In this document: positions 35,149-43,889 of the stretch, one piece after another
Layout: every line of letters begins with the position of its first letter
Numbering within the stretch: position 1 is the stretch's first letter
Origin: a virus
Lineage: Duplodnaviria > Caudoviricetes
Length of the DNA: 53,546 bases
Virus record (IMG/VR): IMGVR_UViG_3300025146_000019
Span: 1 to 53,546 of that record
Strand: one strand, 5' to 3'
Notes under the pieces: generated by a model
Database searches by the model: none
What the model was told of the DNA's origin: nothing
What the model saw: only the letters and a program-made list of their open reading frames with translations
Made by a program: the position numbers and the translations under genes

Positions 35149-35198
35149 CGTTGTCGGTCTCCTGTGAGAGGGTGCGGTGCGTCGGTCGGTTGCGGAGA

Positions 35199-35222
35199 CG
35201 GGGGCCGGTCACCCGGCCCCCG
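35199..35222 (-). other. 10-bp GC hairpin with GNRA (GUGA) loop between the cement and capsid genes
   Basis: CGGGGGCCGG-tcac-CCGGCCCCCG with no U-tract, so more likely an mRNA stabiliser or processing site than an intrinsic terminator. Confidence 0.5.
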
Positions 35223-35230
35223 CAGGGTTG

Positions 35231-36211
35231 CTAGCTGATGGTGGCGCTGACCAGGGTGAGGGCGACCCAGCGGTTGCCGTCCCACTCGATGAAGGCCTGG
35301 TCCGCCGCGGCGTTGAGGTTGATGTCGGTGCCGTCTCCCGAGCCGTCCTCGTCGTAGAAGATGCCGGAGATGGTGCCCACGGGGGTGGCAGCCGCCGACG
35401 CCACCGCGATCTGCTTGCGCTGGCCGATGAAGATGCCGTCACCCAGCACCCAGTCGTTGGTGCCGCTGATGGCGACCACGTGGACCTCCACCAGCGGGCG
35501 GAGGGTGGAGGCCGCGGCCGGCGCGTCGGTGCCGGCGGTCTTGCCGCCGATGCACTTCCATCCGGTGGCGGTCCACATCAGGAGGACCTCCTGACCGGGC
35601 GCCGTGAACACGTAGGTGGCCGGGGCACCCGCGAACACGGTGGCCGGGGTGACGGTCCCCACCGGGGTGTTGACCGCCGCGATGCAGCGGATGCGCTTGG
35701 TCTGGCCGACGTACTTGCCGTCCGCCAGGGTGAAGGCGTCGGTGCCGTCGACCGACAGCTCGGTGATCTCGGTGGTGACCGACAGGGCGCCCGGCGCGGT
35801 CACCGAGTCGAACCCGGTGACGGCCACGGTGCCGGCCGCGTTGGCCAGCAGCAGGAGACAGAACATGTCCCCGTCGGCCGCGGCAGCGGTCACCGCGACG
35901 CCGACCCCCGAGCCAGCCGCGATGTCGGAGGCCGAGGCCAGGACGAACTTGCCGGCCGAGTCGACCTTCACGATGTCGCCCGCGGAGAGTACGCCACCGG
36001 CGACGGCCGGCTGGGTGCCCAGGACGCCGACCAGACCGGCCTCGTCCGCCGCCTCCGGCTTGTTCAGCAGGATGCCGAGGATGCGGCCACCCGCGGTGGG
36101 CAGGGCCAGCTTGCCGGAGCTGATCACGACGGCGCGGTAGATGCTGGCCGACAGGTCCGAGCCCGCGGGGTGCGAGATCGGGGGAGCGAGTACGGGTACG
36201 TTTGCGCCCAT
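35231..36211 (-). CDS. Capsid cement/decoration protein with two tandem C-terminal domains
   Basis: N-terminal AGSDLS..YRAV..GILLNKP..AGD.VKVDSAGK. Repeats LADGKYVGQTKRI..TPVGTV / LGDGIFIGQRKQI..TPVGTI. Confidence 0.8.
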   Translation of the reverse strand: MGANVPVLAPPISHPAGSDLSASIYRAVVISSGKLALPTAGGRILGILLNKPEAADEAGLVGVLGTQPAVAGGVLSAGDIVKVDSAGKFVLASASDIAAGSGVGVAVTAAAADGDMFCLLLLANAAGTVAVTGFDSVTAPGALSVTTEITELSVDGTDAFTLADGKYVGQTKRIRCIAAVNTPVGTVTPATVFAGAPATYVFTAPGQEVLLMWTATGWKCIGGKTAGTDAPAAASTLRPLVEVHVVAISGTNDWVLGDGIFIGQRKQIAVASAAATPVGTISGIFYDEDGSGDGTDINLNAAADQAFIEWDGNRWVALTLVSATIS

Positions 36212-36269
36212 CGTCTAGGTCTCCTGGTTGCGGTGCTCGGTCAGTTCCAGCTCGTAGTGGTGGTGGTTC

Positions 36270-37523
36270 TCAGGCGCGGGCCGTGGTCGGCGGTCGGCTG
36301 GCGTCGCGCTCGGCGCGGACGGCCTCGTACAGGTCGCGGGCCTCCTGACTCTTGCTGGTCAGGTCGACCAGGGCCGCGGCCTCGGACATGCTCTTCTCGC
36401 CCGCGTGCTTCACGACCATGGCGTGGAGCTTGGTGGCGGCGCTGTCGTCGGTCATGTTGGGGGCCGGGCCGCCCAGGGCCTTGGCCAGCTCGGCGCAGGC
36501 GAAGCTGGCTCCGCGCAGCGCCTCGTGGGCCGCCTTGCGGGTGGCCTCGTCGGCGATGCCGTCGACGGCGCGCAGGATGGCGGAGCGCACGGGCAGGGTG
36601 CCCTTCAGCGCGGGGATCTCCTCGCTGGCGCGCTTCTCCAGGCGGGCCTGGGCCGCCTCGCGCCGGTCGTGGTCCCGGTCCTTGGCCATCTGGACCAGGC
36701 GCGGGTCGTCCGACTTGCGGAACACCTCGCCGCTGTCGCTGCGGTAGGCGACCTGGTCCGGGTCGTGGAGCTTGGTGACCTGCTCGAGCTGGGCGCGCAG
36801 GCCGTCGCGCTCGGCGGTGAGGGTCTCGACCGACTTGGAGAGGCGCTTGTTCTCCGACGCCATCTCCTCGTCCTCCTCCTCGTCGTCTTCCTCCGGCGGG
36901 AACTCCGACTTCATCGCGGCGATCAGGGCGGCGCGGAGGGTGGGGTCCTGCTTGAGGGCGGAGATGATGGTGGCCTGGTCGAGCTTCACGGTGTTCTCCT
37001 GCTGGTTGTCCGTCTTCACGGTCTCGCGCTCGCCGATGCCGGCGATGCTGAAGCCGGTGAACTCGCCCGACTTGAACTTGGCGAGCACCTCGGGCGACGG
37101 GCGCACGGCGATCATCAGTCCGTAGGTGTCGGTCTGGACGCCGAACGCCTTGGCGACCTCTGGGGTCATCGGCATCGCGAACACGACCTCGCCGTCCTTG
37201 CGGTAGTCGTGCATCGCGTCCTGAGCACGCGACCGAGACATGAACTCGGCCGCGGCAGCCATCATCGACTGCGCGTCGATGTGGTCCCCCTGCAGGTCGA
37301 AGTAGTCCTCGCCCTTGCGGGCGTTGACCATGGCCCAGCCGAACACCAGCCCCAGCTCGTCGCTGACCTTCACGGCCGGAACGAACTTGGAGACGATGTC
37401 CAGCTGCTTGCTGCCCTTGATCAGCACCACGACCGCCGGCTCCTGGGCTGGCTTGTCGACGGCGCTGATGAAGTTCAGCTGCTTCAGCCGGAGGAGGAAC
37501 TGCCTGGTGGCGTCGGAGGGCAT
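36270..37523 (-). CDS. Prohead protease (XkdF-like) fused to scaffold
   Basis: ISAVDKPAQE, GLVFGWA, DLQGDHI and KSGEFTGFSIAG. Acidic/coiled-coil C-terminus. Confidence 0.88.
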   Translation of the reverse strand: MPSDATRQFLLRLKQLNFISAVDKPAQEPAVVVLIKGSKQLDIVSKFVPAVKVSDELGLVFGWAMVNARKGEDYFDLQGDHIDAQSMMAAAAEFMSRSRAQDAMHDYRKDGEVVFAMPMTPEVAKAFGVQTDTYGLMIAVRPSPEVLAKFKSGEFTGFSIAGIGERETVKTDNQQENTVKLDQATIISALKQDPTLRAALIAAMKSEFPPEEDDEEEDEEMASENKRLSKSVETLTAERDGLRAQLEQVTKLHDPDQVAYRSDSGEVFRKSDDPRLVQMAKDRDHDRREAAQARLEKRASEEIPALKGTLPVRSAILRAVDGIADEATRKAAHEALRGASFACAELAKALGGPAPNMTDDSAATKLHAMVVKHAGEKSMSEAAALVDLTSKSQEARDLYEAVRAERDASRPPTTARA

Positions 37524-37545
37524 CCGTGCGACTCTTGCACTAGGA

Positions 37546-37574
37546 CACCTATCCCAACGCGATCGGTCCGGCAA
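37546..37574 (-). promoter_or_regulatory. Putative promoter TTGCCG-N17-TAGGTG upstream of the protease/capsid operon
   Basis: Intergenic, member of the recurrent family. Confidence 0.45.
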
Positions 37575-37654
37575 CGGCGATCTGCGAGGAATTTTGTCGT
37601 GCCGCTCAGCGCGACGCTGTTGCCTTAGTGACTATCACACTGCGGTGGACAGGA

Positions 37655-37834
37655 CTATCGGGCTCGTCGCTCGGCGATGCGCCGCATCAGCTCGGACGGG
37701 TCGTCCTGGAGCATAAGGATGGCCTGCGCCCGCTCTGGTGTCAGCTCACCGCGCGACCGCAGCCGCTCGTACAGCTCGAGTGCGGCGTCCGCGTCGTTGC
37801 GGGGCAGGTCCTCCACGTGCCTGTACTTTGTCAT
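37655..37834 (-). CDS. 59-aa protein coupled to MuF (candidate immunity/partner)
   Basis: ATGA overlap. MTKYRHVEDLPRNDADAALELYERL...RRIAERRAR*. Absent from the ORF track. Confidence 0.65.
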   Translation of the reverse strand: MTKYRHVEDLPRNDADAALELYERLRSRGELTPERAQAILMLQDDPSELMRRIAERRAR

Positions 37835-39690
37835 ATCTTCGCGTCCTGAACGAACCGCTTCAGGTTCTCCCGCTCACTGTCCGTCAGAGGTGTACCACGC
37901 CGCGCCAGGGCAGCCGCCTCCACCTTCTCCAGGAAGCGCCTCACCGCTCCCTCCGCACCACCCAGGATGTGCCCCGCCTCCCGCTTGTGCAGCAGTGCCG
38001 CCTCCTCCAGGAGACCAGCAGCCTCTGCGCGAGTGACGTCCAGCGCGCGTCGAATGGCGTCGACGACGCCATCTATGGCTCGCTGATAGCTGCTCTGTCC
38101 CAGGGTGAGAAACTTGACGTTGTTCTTGAGCTTGGCGCCGTCGGCCAGCCACAGCTCTCCGAACTGGTCGCGCATGACCTTGCGCGCCAACACCTCCGTG
38201 GTGACCTCCTCGATCACAGCACCAGACCCCCAGTAGCTGTCAGCCGCACCGCGACCCACGCTGTGGACCTGCTCGTGGATGAACGTCTGGAAGCTGTCGG
38301 CCTCCCTGCTGAGCATCTCCCGATTCTCCTCGACCGCCTTCAGGAACTCGCGCGCCTGCTCGGCCACGTCTCGCCGTATGGTCATCACGCCAGTCCGTGG
38401 ACTGTACATGCCGTATGCGTCCGGCATCACCTTGGTGGACTCCACCGTCAACGGGAAGGCGGAGGAGTTCGTCGGCTTGAACTGACTGGGCAACTGGTAC
38501 CTGTCGTTGACCAGCTTGGACAGCTCCTGACGCACGTCGTAGTTCCACGGCGCGAACTTCTTGGCCAGGAGCGTGTCCAGGGAGTGACGCATCTTGCCAG
38601 CCTCGTCGCGCGTGAGCCCGACGGCAGCACTGACTGGGGCAGCGGGCGCGGGAGTGGGAGCAACCGGAACCGGCGCGGGGGGTGGTGGCGCCGGAGGCGG
38701 GGGTGCCACGGGTGGTGGCGCCAACCCGGTGCCGCGGCTGGAGGGCTCGAACCGCGTCGTCAGCACGCACCGACACTGCGCCGTCTCCTCGATCGGCGCC
38801 GACGGGTCGCCCGGGTACGCGAGCAGCGCGCCGCTGGGCGAGCGGAACGGCTGGCCCAGGGAGCGCGCCTGGTTGTGCATGGCGCGGTGCGTGTCGCGCG
38901 TCTCTCCGTCGATCGCCGCCACCCACACGCGCTCCAGCGACTGCGGTCGAATCTTGCCAGAGTCCGCCACCTGGCGGAACAGCTCGTCGGTGCCCGCGTG
39001 GACAGCGCGCAGCGCCTCCGTGCGGGCGATCACCTCGGAGCGATACGCGATGTAGCGCTCGCGGTACCGGCCCACCATGCGGTCGACCTGGTCCGCGCTG
39101 AGCGGGCGGTCTCCCGCGACCGCCCGGCCCACCGAGCCGTCGAAGCGCCGGTCGCGCAGCGCCCTGTTCAGCGCCTCCGGCGACCCCTGCTCCAGCAGCC
39201 GGCGGTAGTTGCGCACCGCCGCCTCCTGGGTCTGCGTGAGCCCGATGGAGTCTCGGAACCGACGCGCCTGCTGCAGCGGGTTCAGGCCCTCCTCGACCCC
39301 GCTCACCAGCGCCTGGCGGGTGGCTGCCTCCTGCTCGCGCGTGAGCCCCCCGACGATGCGCAGGTCGTTGTTCCGCATGGCGCGCACCGCTGCGTCGCTC
39401 TGTGGCTGGAAGCGCACCGCCACGCCCAGGCGGTCACTCACGAACGGGGCCGCTCGATCTCCAGCCGCGATGTAGGCGCGGTTCACCGCGTCGCTGAACA
39501 CCGCCATCTCGCGGCGGACCACGGTCAGTGCCTCGTCGATGCGGCGCCCCGCCAGCATCTCCGCCAGCTCCCCCATTCGCCGCTCGTCCTGGATGGCCAG
39601 CAGCGAGCGGAGGAACTCCCGGCGCAGCTGCGGCTCCAGCTGGGCGAGCAGCTTGTCGAGGTTCCTCGACGAGTAGGAGTAGGCTGGCAC
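37831..39690 (-). CDS. Head morphogenesis protein (Mu gpF/SPP1 gp7-like) with Pro-rich linker and C-terminal HExxH metallopeptidase-like domain
   Basis: RSEVIARTEA, W....D..TRDTH, YPGDP and QCRC; then PPPVAPPPPAPPPP; then FIHEQVHS...IEEVTTE. Confidence 0.88.
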   Translation of the reverse strand: MPAYSYSSRNLDKLLAQLEPQLRREFLRSLLAIQDERRMGELAEMLAGRRIDEALTVVRREMAVFSDAVNRAYIAAGDRAAPFVSDRLGVAVRFQPQSDAAVRAMRNNDLRIVGGLTREQEAATRQALVSGVEEGLNPLQQARRFRDSIGLTQTQEAAVRNYRRLLEQGSPEALNRALRDRRFDGSVGRAVAGDRPLSADQVDRMVGRYRERYIAYRSEVIARTEALRAVHAGTDELFRQVADSGKIRPQSLERVWVAAIDGETRDTHRAMHNQARSLGQPFRSPSGALLAYPGDPSAPIEETAQCRCVLTTRFEPSSRGTGLAPPPVAPPPPAPPPPAPVPVAPTPAPAAPVSAAVGLTRDEAGKMRHSLDTLLAKKFAPWNYDVRQELSKLVNDRYQLPSQFKPTNSSAFPLTVESTKVMPDAYGMYSPRTGVMTIRRDVAEQAREFLKAVEENREMLSREADSFQTFIHEQVHSVGRGAADSYWGSGAVIEEVTTEVLARKVMRDQFGELWLADGAKLKNNVKFLTLGQSSYQRAIDGVVDAIRRALDVTRAEAAGLLEEAALLHKREAGHILGGAEGAVRRFLEKVEAAALARRGTPLTDSERENLKRFVQDAKI

Positions 39691-39697
39691 CGGGCCC

Positions 39698-40099
39698 CTA
39701 CTCCGGGCGGCACTGGCAGGTGTACGAGGCCCGCGCCGGGTCGGGCTGCACCCGGATGACGCGCCAGTTCCTGCCGCCGATGGTGATCAGGTCGTTGGCC
39801 TCCGGCACCACCCCTGCGGCGTGCAGTGGGGCGGCCAGGAGCAGGATGCTGGGCGCGTCGCGGTCACGGCGCATGGAGTCCCCGCTGCCCAGTAGGTTGG
39901 AGTCGCCCGCGCGGCGCACCTCGTCCAGCACGCCGCGGGTGACGTAGGCGGTGGGGGTACCGACCTTTCCGGCGGTCAGGTCGGCGGGGTTGCGGCTGGC
40001 GTAGCTGACCTTGGTGAGGGTGGCCTCGGGGATGGACCCCACCGGGATGGCGTCGGCCACCACAGCCTCCACGTCCACACCGAAGAGCTTGATCCCCAT
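39698..40099 (-). CDS. Head closure / head-tail joining protein
   Basis: Position. PEANDLITIGGRNWRVI..DPARASY.CQ.R. Confidence 0.75.
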   Translation of the reverse strand: MGIKLFGVDVEAVVADAIPVGSIPEATLTKVSYASRNPADLTAGKVGTPTAYVTRGVLDEVRRAGDSNLLGSGDSMRRDRDAPSILLLAAPLHAAGVVPEANDLITIGGRNWRVIRVQPDPARASYTCQCRPE

Positions 40100-40105
40100 G
40101 ATCTC

Positions 40106-40675
40106 CTAGAGCGGCTGGTTGCGGTCGTAGCGGTCGCACTCGTCCAGCTGGGCCTCCTCGTCGGTGCCGTATGCGCGCCCCGCGATGTAGCTGCCCGCAC
40201 TGCCCAGCCACAGGCCCACCAGCTCGTGCACCACCTGCGGGAAGCGGGTGCCGTCCACCCCCTTGAAGAACGAGACTCCGACGCTGCCAGCCTGCACGGA
40301 CGAGACGTTCGAGCCGGTGGCTGACGACTTGCCCAGGATCGACGGGTCCACCAGCAGCGCCAGGGCCAGCTCCTGGCAGGCCATCACCAGGGCCGCGGGC
40401 AGCGAGTCCGATGCCAGGTCCTCGCCCTCGACGTCCTCGAGGTCGGTGCGCGGCCAGCTGAGCGCGTTGGCCGCGTCCGTCTTGTCGCCCTGCCACCGCT
40501 GGCGGTCGAGGAAGAGGGTCGCGGTGCGCAGCGCCTTGGCCTTGTTGTCGGCGGTGGCGCTGGTCCAGGCAGACGCGTCCAGCCTGGCGGCGAAGTAGCT
40601 GTCCGCGCTGGCGACCGTGCTGAACGAGTCGTAGTCGACAGCGCTGATGGTGACCTCTGGATAGACGAACGCCAT
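40106..40675 (-). CDS. Head-tail adaptor (DnaT-like domain family)
   Basis: SF.TVASADSYF, ALRTAT..LD..WQG.K, LSWPR and A.QELAL. Confidence 0.82.
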   Translation of the reverse strand: MAFVYPEVTISAVDYDSFSTVASADSYFAARLDASAWTSATADNKAKALRTATLFLDRQRWQGDKTDAANALSWPRTDLEDVEGEDLASDSLPAALVMACQELALALLVDPSILGKSSATGSNVSSVQAGSVGVSFFKGVDGTRFPQVVHELVGLWLGSAGSYIAGRAYGTDEEAQLDECDRYDRNQPL

Positions 40676-42214
40676 CTACTTCTCCTCCTCGTCGTCACCA
40701 CCCTCGGCACTCGGCGGCTGTCCGCCGGGCTGGGGTGGCTGTCCAGGCTGGGGCGGTCCACCGGGCTGGCCCGGTGGCGGAGACGGCAGGAGCGGGTTGA
40801 CGCCCGGGACTCCGAGTCCGGCGAGCGCTCCCGCCGTCAGCGGGTCGACCTCGGGGGCCGGCGGCAGGTCCATGCGCGTCCGGATGATGTCGATGGCGCG
40901 GTCGGTGGGGTCGAGCGCGGCGCGCGTCAGGGACTCGAGCACCCGCGCGTCCTTCTCGACGTCGGCGGGCCGCAGCATCTCGGTCTTCAGCCTCGGCTTC
41001 AGGTCCTCGTCCCACTGGTTCAGGCGCCACAGCACGTCGACGACGTCGCGCTGGTACACGTGGCGGACGTCGCGCAGCGCCGACTCCACGACCAGGGTCA
41101 GCTGCGTCGACTTGTCCTCGCTGAGGGCATACGAACCCGTCTCCTGCATCCCGATCAGCAGGCCCTCGACCCCGAGGATGAGCGCGATGTTCTTGATCTC
41201 GCGCTGGATGGCCACGTGGATGTACTGCTGGCTGTTGACCGCCGCCTGGATGAGGTCCAGCGCCCACTCGTAGGTGCCGCTCGGACTGGCCGAGTCGTCC
41301 TCGCTGCGGGCCACCGCGGAGTCCGTGAGCCACCCCGTCCTTGGGCTCCGCGTGTGGTTCTGGAGGATGTCGATCAGCGGCGCCAGCAGCGTGTCGATCC
41401 CGTCGTCGTCGATCTTGCCGGCGTCCTTGAGCTTCTGGAGCTTGGTGAGTGGCGCCCGACCGATGGGCACGCCCGCCAGGTCGCTCTCGAAGCCGAAGCC
41501 CTCCAGCTGCTGGTAGCGGCGCAGGATGCGCCACGACTCGACGGTCTGGCGGAACAGCCCGAACCCCTCCGGGCTGTCGCTGAGCGCGTCGTCGACCGCG
41601 TAGACCATCTTCACGCGCGGGAGGTAGACCTCCTCCATGGTCAGCGGTGGCCGCTGGATGCAGCCCAGCACGCGACCGTGGAGGTCGACGTCCCACCGCT
41701 CGATGGAGTGCTGCGGCCTCGGCGCGATCTCGTCGATCCACCAGTCGCCGTCCTTGAGCTTGTAGGTCGCCTCCTGGACGCTGAACCCGTAGAAGGGGAA
41801 GGTCAGAGTGCGGCGCACTGCTCGGCGCAGCGGGATCTGCATCTCGTCGAGCATCTCCTCCACCAGCTCCGCCTTCTCGCGCGCCTCGGGCGTGTCGTCG
41901 GCAGGCTCCGCGCGCCACGACGGTCGGGACCCGAGGTTGAGAAAGTAGCGCACGCCGGCTCCCACGATCGCGCAGTTGGCGACCATGTTGTCGAACGTGA
42001 TGTATCGCTGCCTACCCGCGAGCGCCGGGTCCTTCTCACCGCTGGCCACCCAGCCCTGGTGCACCGCAGTGCCGGGCATGCCGACCACCTCGTCGGGACT
42101 GGCCTCGCGCCGGACCAGCGGCGACATCAGGAAGTTCAGGAACCTCCGGGCAGCGCCGGGCCTCGCCGGCTGGGAGGGGGAGAGCTTCACGAGCGCTGCC
42201 TGCCGGTTGGCCAC
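40676..42214 (-). CDS. Portal protein (DUF935-like)
   Basis: FYGFSVQE, APRPQHSIERW, SPEGFGLFR, DLAGVP and GSYALS. Start re-called to GTG 42214 because the track's TTG is probably the -35 box. Confidence 0.9.
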   Translation of the reverse strand: MANRQAALVKLSPSQPARPGAARRFLNFLMSPLVRREASPDEVVGMPGTAVHQGWVASGEKDPALAGRQRYITFDNMVANCAIVGAGVRYFLNLGSRPSWRAEPADDTPEAREKAELVEEMLDEMQIPLRRAVRRTLTFPFYGFSVQEATYKLKDGDWWIDEIAPRPQHSIERWDVDLHGRVLGCIQRPPLTMEEVYLPRVKMVYAVDDALSDSPEGFGLFRQTVESWRILRRYQQLEGFGFESDLAGVPIGRAPLTKLQKLKDAGKIDDDGIDTLLAPLIDILQNHTRSPRTGWLTDSAVARSEDDSASPSGTYEWALDLIQAAVNSQQYIHVAIQREIKNIALILGVEGLLIGMQETGSYALSEDKSTQLTLVVESALRDVRHVYQRDVVDVLWRLNQWDEDLKPRLKTEMLRPADVEKDARVLESLTRAALDPTDRAIDIIRTRMDLPPAPEVDPLTAGALAGLGVPGVNPLLPSPPPGQPGGPPQPGQPPQPGGQPPSAEGGDDEEEK

Positions 42215-42220
42215 GGCTAA

Positions 42221-42250
42221 CCTATACGCCCGATCCCGCGCCTGCGGCAA
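42221..42250 (-). promoter_or_regulatory. Putative promoter TTGCCG-N18-TATAGG, 6 nt from the portal GTG (leaderless-type)
   Basis: Member of the recurrent family. No SD between the -10 and the start. Confidence 0.55.
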
Positions 42251-42281
42251 GCAGCCTGGAGCAGGCCCCCCAAGCCGCCTC

Positions 42282-42359
42282 TCACTGCCGAGGCCTCGGC
42301 GTCGTCAGCCAGGCGACCGCCATGACCAGCACCCAGATCACCAGCCACTCCGGACTCAT
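42282..42359 (-). CDS. 25-aa hydrophobic micropeptide
   Basis: GAGGTG SD then MSPEWLVIWVLVMAVAWLTTPRPRQ*. Confidence 0.5.
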   Translation of the reverse strand: MSPEWLVIWVLVMAVAWLTTPRPRQ

Positions 42360-42374
42360 GGGCACCTCACGGGG

Positions 42375-43889
42375 CTACCCGCCCCCCGACGGCGTGATGG
42401 CCCGCGGGGCGAGGATGCCGGTGGGCACCGCGTCCTCGGACTTCCGGTTCAGGTGCGCGAACGCCCGGCTCAGCGCGTCCACCTGGTCGGACCAGCGCCC
42501 CGCCGGGAACGTGGTCACCTCCTCCAGGAACGCCTCGTTCCAGGGTCCCCGGACCAGGCGCACGTTGCCGGCCTCCGCCTGGGCCGCGACCGGCTCGGCG
42601 CGCGTGAGCTTGTCGCCCGTCTCCGGCGTCGCCGTGATGGTGTACCCGCTCAGCTCGGTGGCGAAGTGCTTCACCTGCGCCTTGCCCGCCTGGCCCGGGT
42701 CCTGCGGGATGGAGATGGCGACGCCGTGACCGTCCTGCGAGGCGGTCGCGCGCAGCAGCCGCGTGACGGCGCCGGGACCGCTGCGCAGGCTCACGACGTC
42801 CTCCACGTAGTACACGCCCTGGTGGCGGCGCACCCGCACGCCGCGGGTCCAGGGCGCGTCGTCGCCGTCGGACGACGCCAGGTCCCACGCGCGCACCACT
42901 CTGCCGCCGGCCGGTGCTGCGGGGACCACCTCGAACCACTCTCTCCTGAACAGGCCGCCCTCTCGAGGCGCGGGCCGCTGCTGGAACTGCCCGGCCACCG
43001 CGTAGGCGCCCATGGCGCGCTTGTCGCGGTCGACCACCTCGCGGGTCATGTACTCCGGCCAGAGCAGGTCCCCCTCCTGCAGCCGCGGGTCCACGAACCC
43101 GATGGACGTCCGGCACCGGCGATCCGCCTCGAACTCCATGGGCAGGCACAGGTGCTCGTAGCCCAGGTCGCGCGCGAGCAGGTCGCCGCTGACGTCCTGC
43201 TCGTGGATGCGCTGCATGATGAAGATGATGGCGGACGAGCGGGGGTCCGACAGGCGCGTGGGCAGCGACTCCCGCTCCCACAGCACCTTGGCCTCGCGGT
43301 CCGCCTCGGACTCGCCGTCCTTCACGTTGTGCGGGTCGTCCACGACCACGCGGTCGCCTCGCTCGCCCGTGGCCATGCCGGCCACCGACGTCGCGATGCG
43401 GTACCCGCGCTTGTCGTTGTCGTACCTGATCTTCGCGTCCTGGTCGGCGACCAGCCGGAAGCGGTCGCCCCACAGGCGCTGGTACCAGGGCGACTGGATG
43501 ATCTGCCGGCAGCGACGGTTGTCGCGCACGGTCAGCTCCACCGAGTAGGAGAAGGAGAGGAACCGCTTGCCGGGCATGCCGCGCGGGCCCCACTCCCACG
43601 CCGGCCAGAAGACGTTCGTCAGCAGCGACTTCATGCAGCCCGGCGGGATGTTGATCAGCAGCCGCGTGATCTCGCCCCGGGTCACCGCCTCCAGGTGCTC
43701 GCAGATGGCGTCCACGTGCCAGCCCGGGACGAACGGTCGGGCCGGCTCGACGATGGGCCAGGCGAGCTGGAGGAACCGGCGCAGGGAGCGCTCCGCCTCG
43801 TGGCGGTCCAGGTCGTCGGCCAGGGAGGCGGGGTCCCAGGGCAGCACCAGGTCGTCACCGCGCAGCGCCGTCCTCCTGGCCTGGGACAT
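42375..43889 (-). CDS. terL: Terminase large subunit
   Basis: LLINIPPGCMKS, TGERGDRVVVDDPH, IMQRIHEQD, GQFQQRP, RAWDLA and DQVDALS. Confidence 0.95.
   Translation of the reverse strand: MSQARRTALRGDDLVLPWDPASLADDLDRHEAERSLRRFLQLAWPIVEPARPFVPGWHVDAICEHLEAVTRGEITRLLINIPPGCMKSLLTNVFWPAWEWGPRGMPGKRFLSFSYSVELTVRDNRRCRQIIQSPWYQRLWGDRFRLVADQDAKIRYDNDKRGYRIATSVAGMATGERGDRVVVDDPHNVKDGESEADREAKVLWERESLPTRLSDPRSSAIIFIMQRIHEQDVSGDLLARDLGYEHLCLPMEFEADRRCRTSIGFVDPRLQEGDLLWPEYMTREVVDRDKRAMGAYAVAGQFQQRPAPREGGLFRREWFEVVPAAPAGGRVVRAWDLASSDGDDAPWTRGVRVRRHQGVYYVEDVVSLRSGPGAVTRLLRATASQDGHGVAISIPQDPGQAGKAQVKHFATELSGYTITATPETGDKLTRAEPVAAQAEAGNVRLVRGPWNEAFLEEVTTFPAGRWSDQVDALSRAFAHLNRKSEDAVPTGILAPRAITPSGGG

Noticed and set aside
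42214-42250. TTG start for the portal at 42250
   Set aside because: The TTGCCG matches the recurrent -35 box with TATAGG 18 nt downstream, so GTG 42214 is more plausible.
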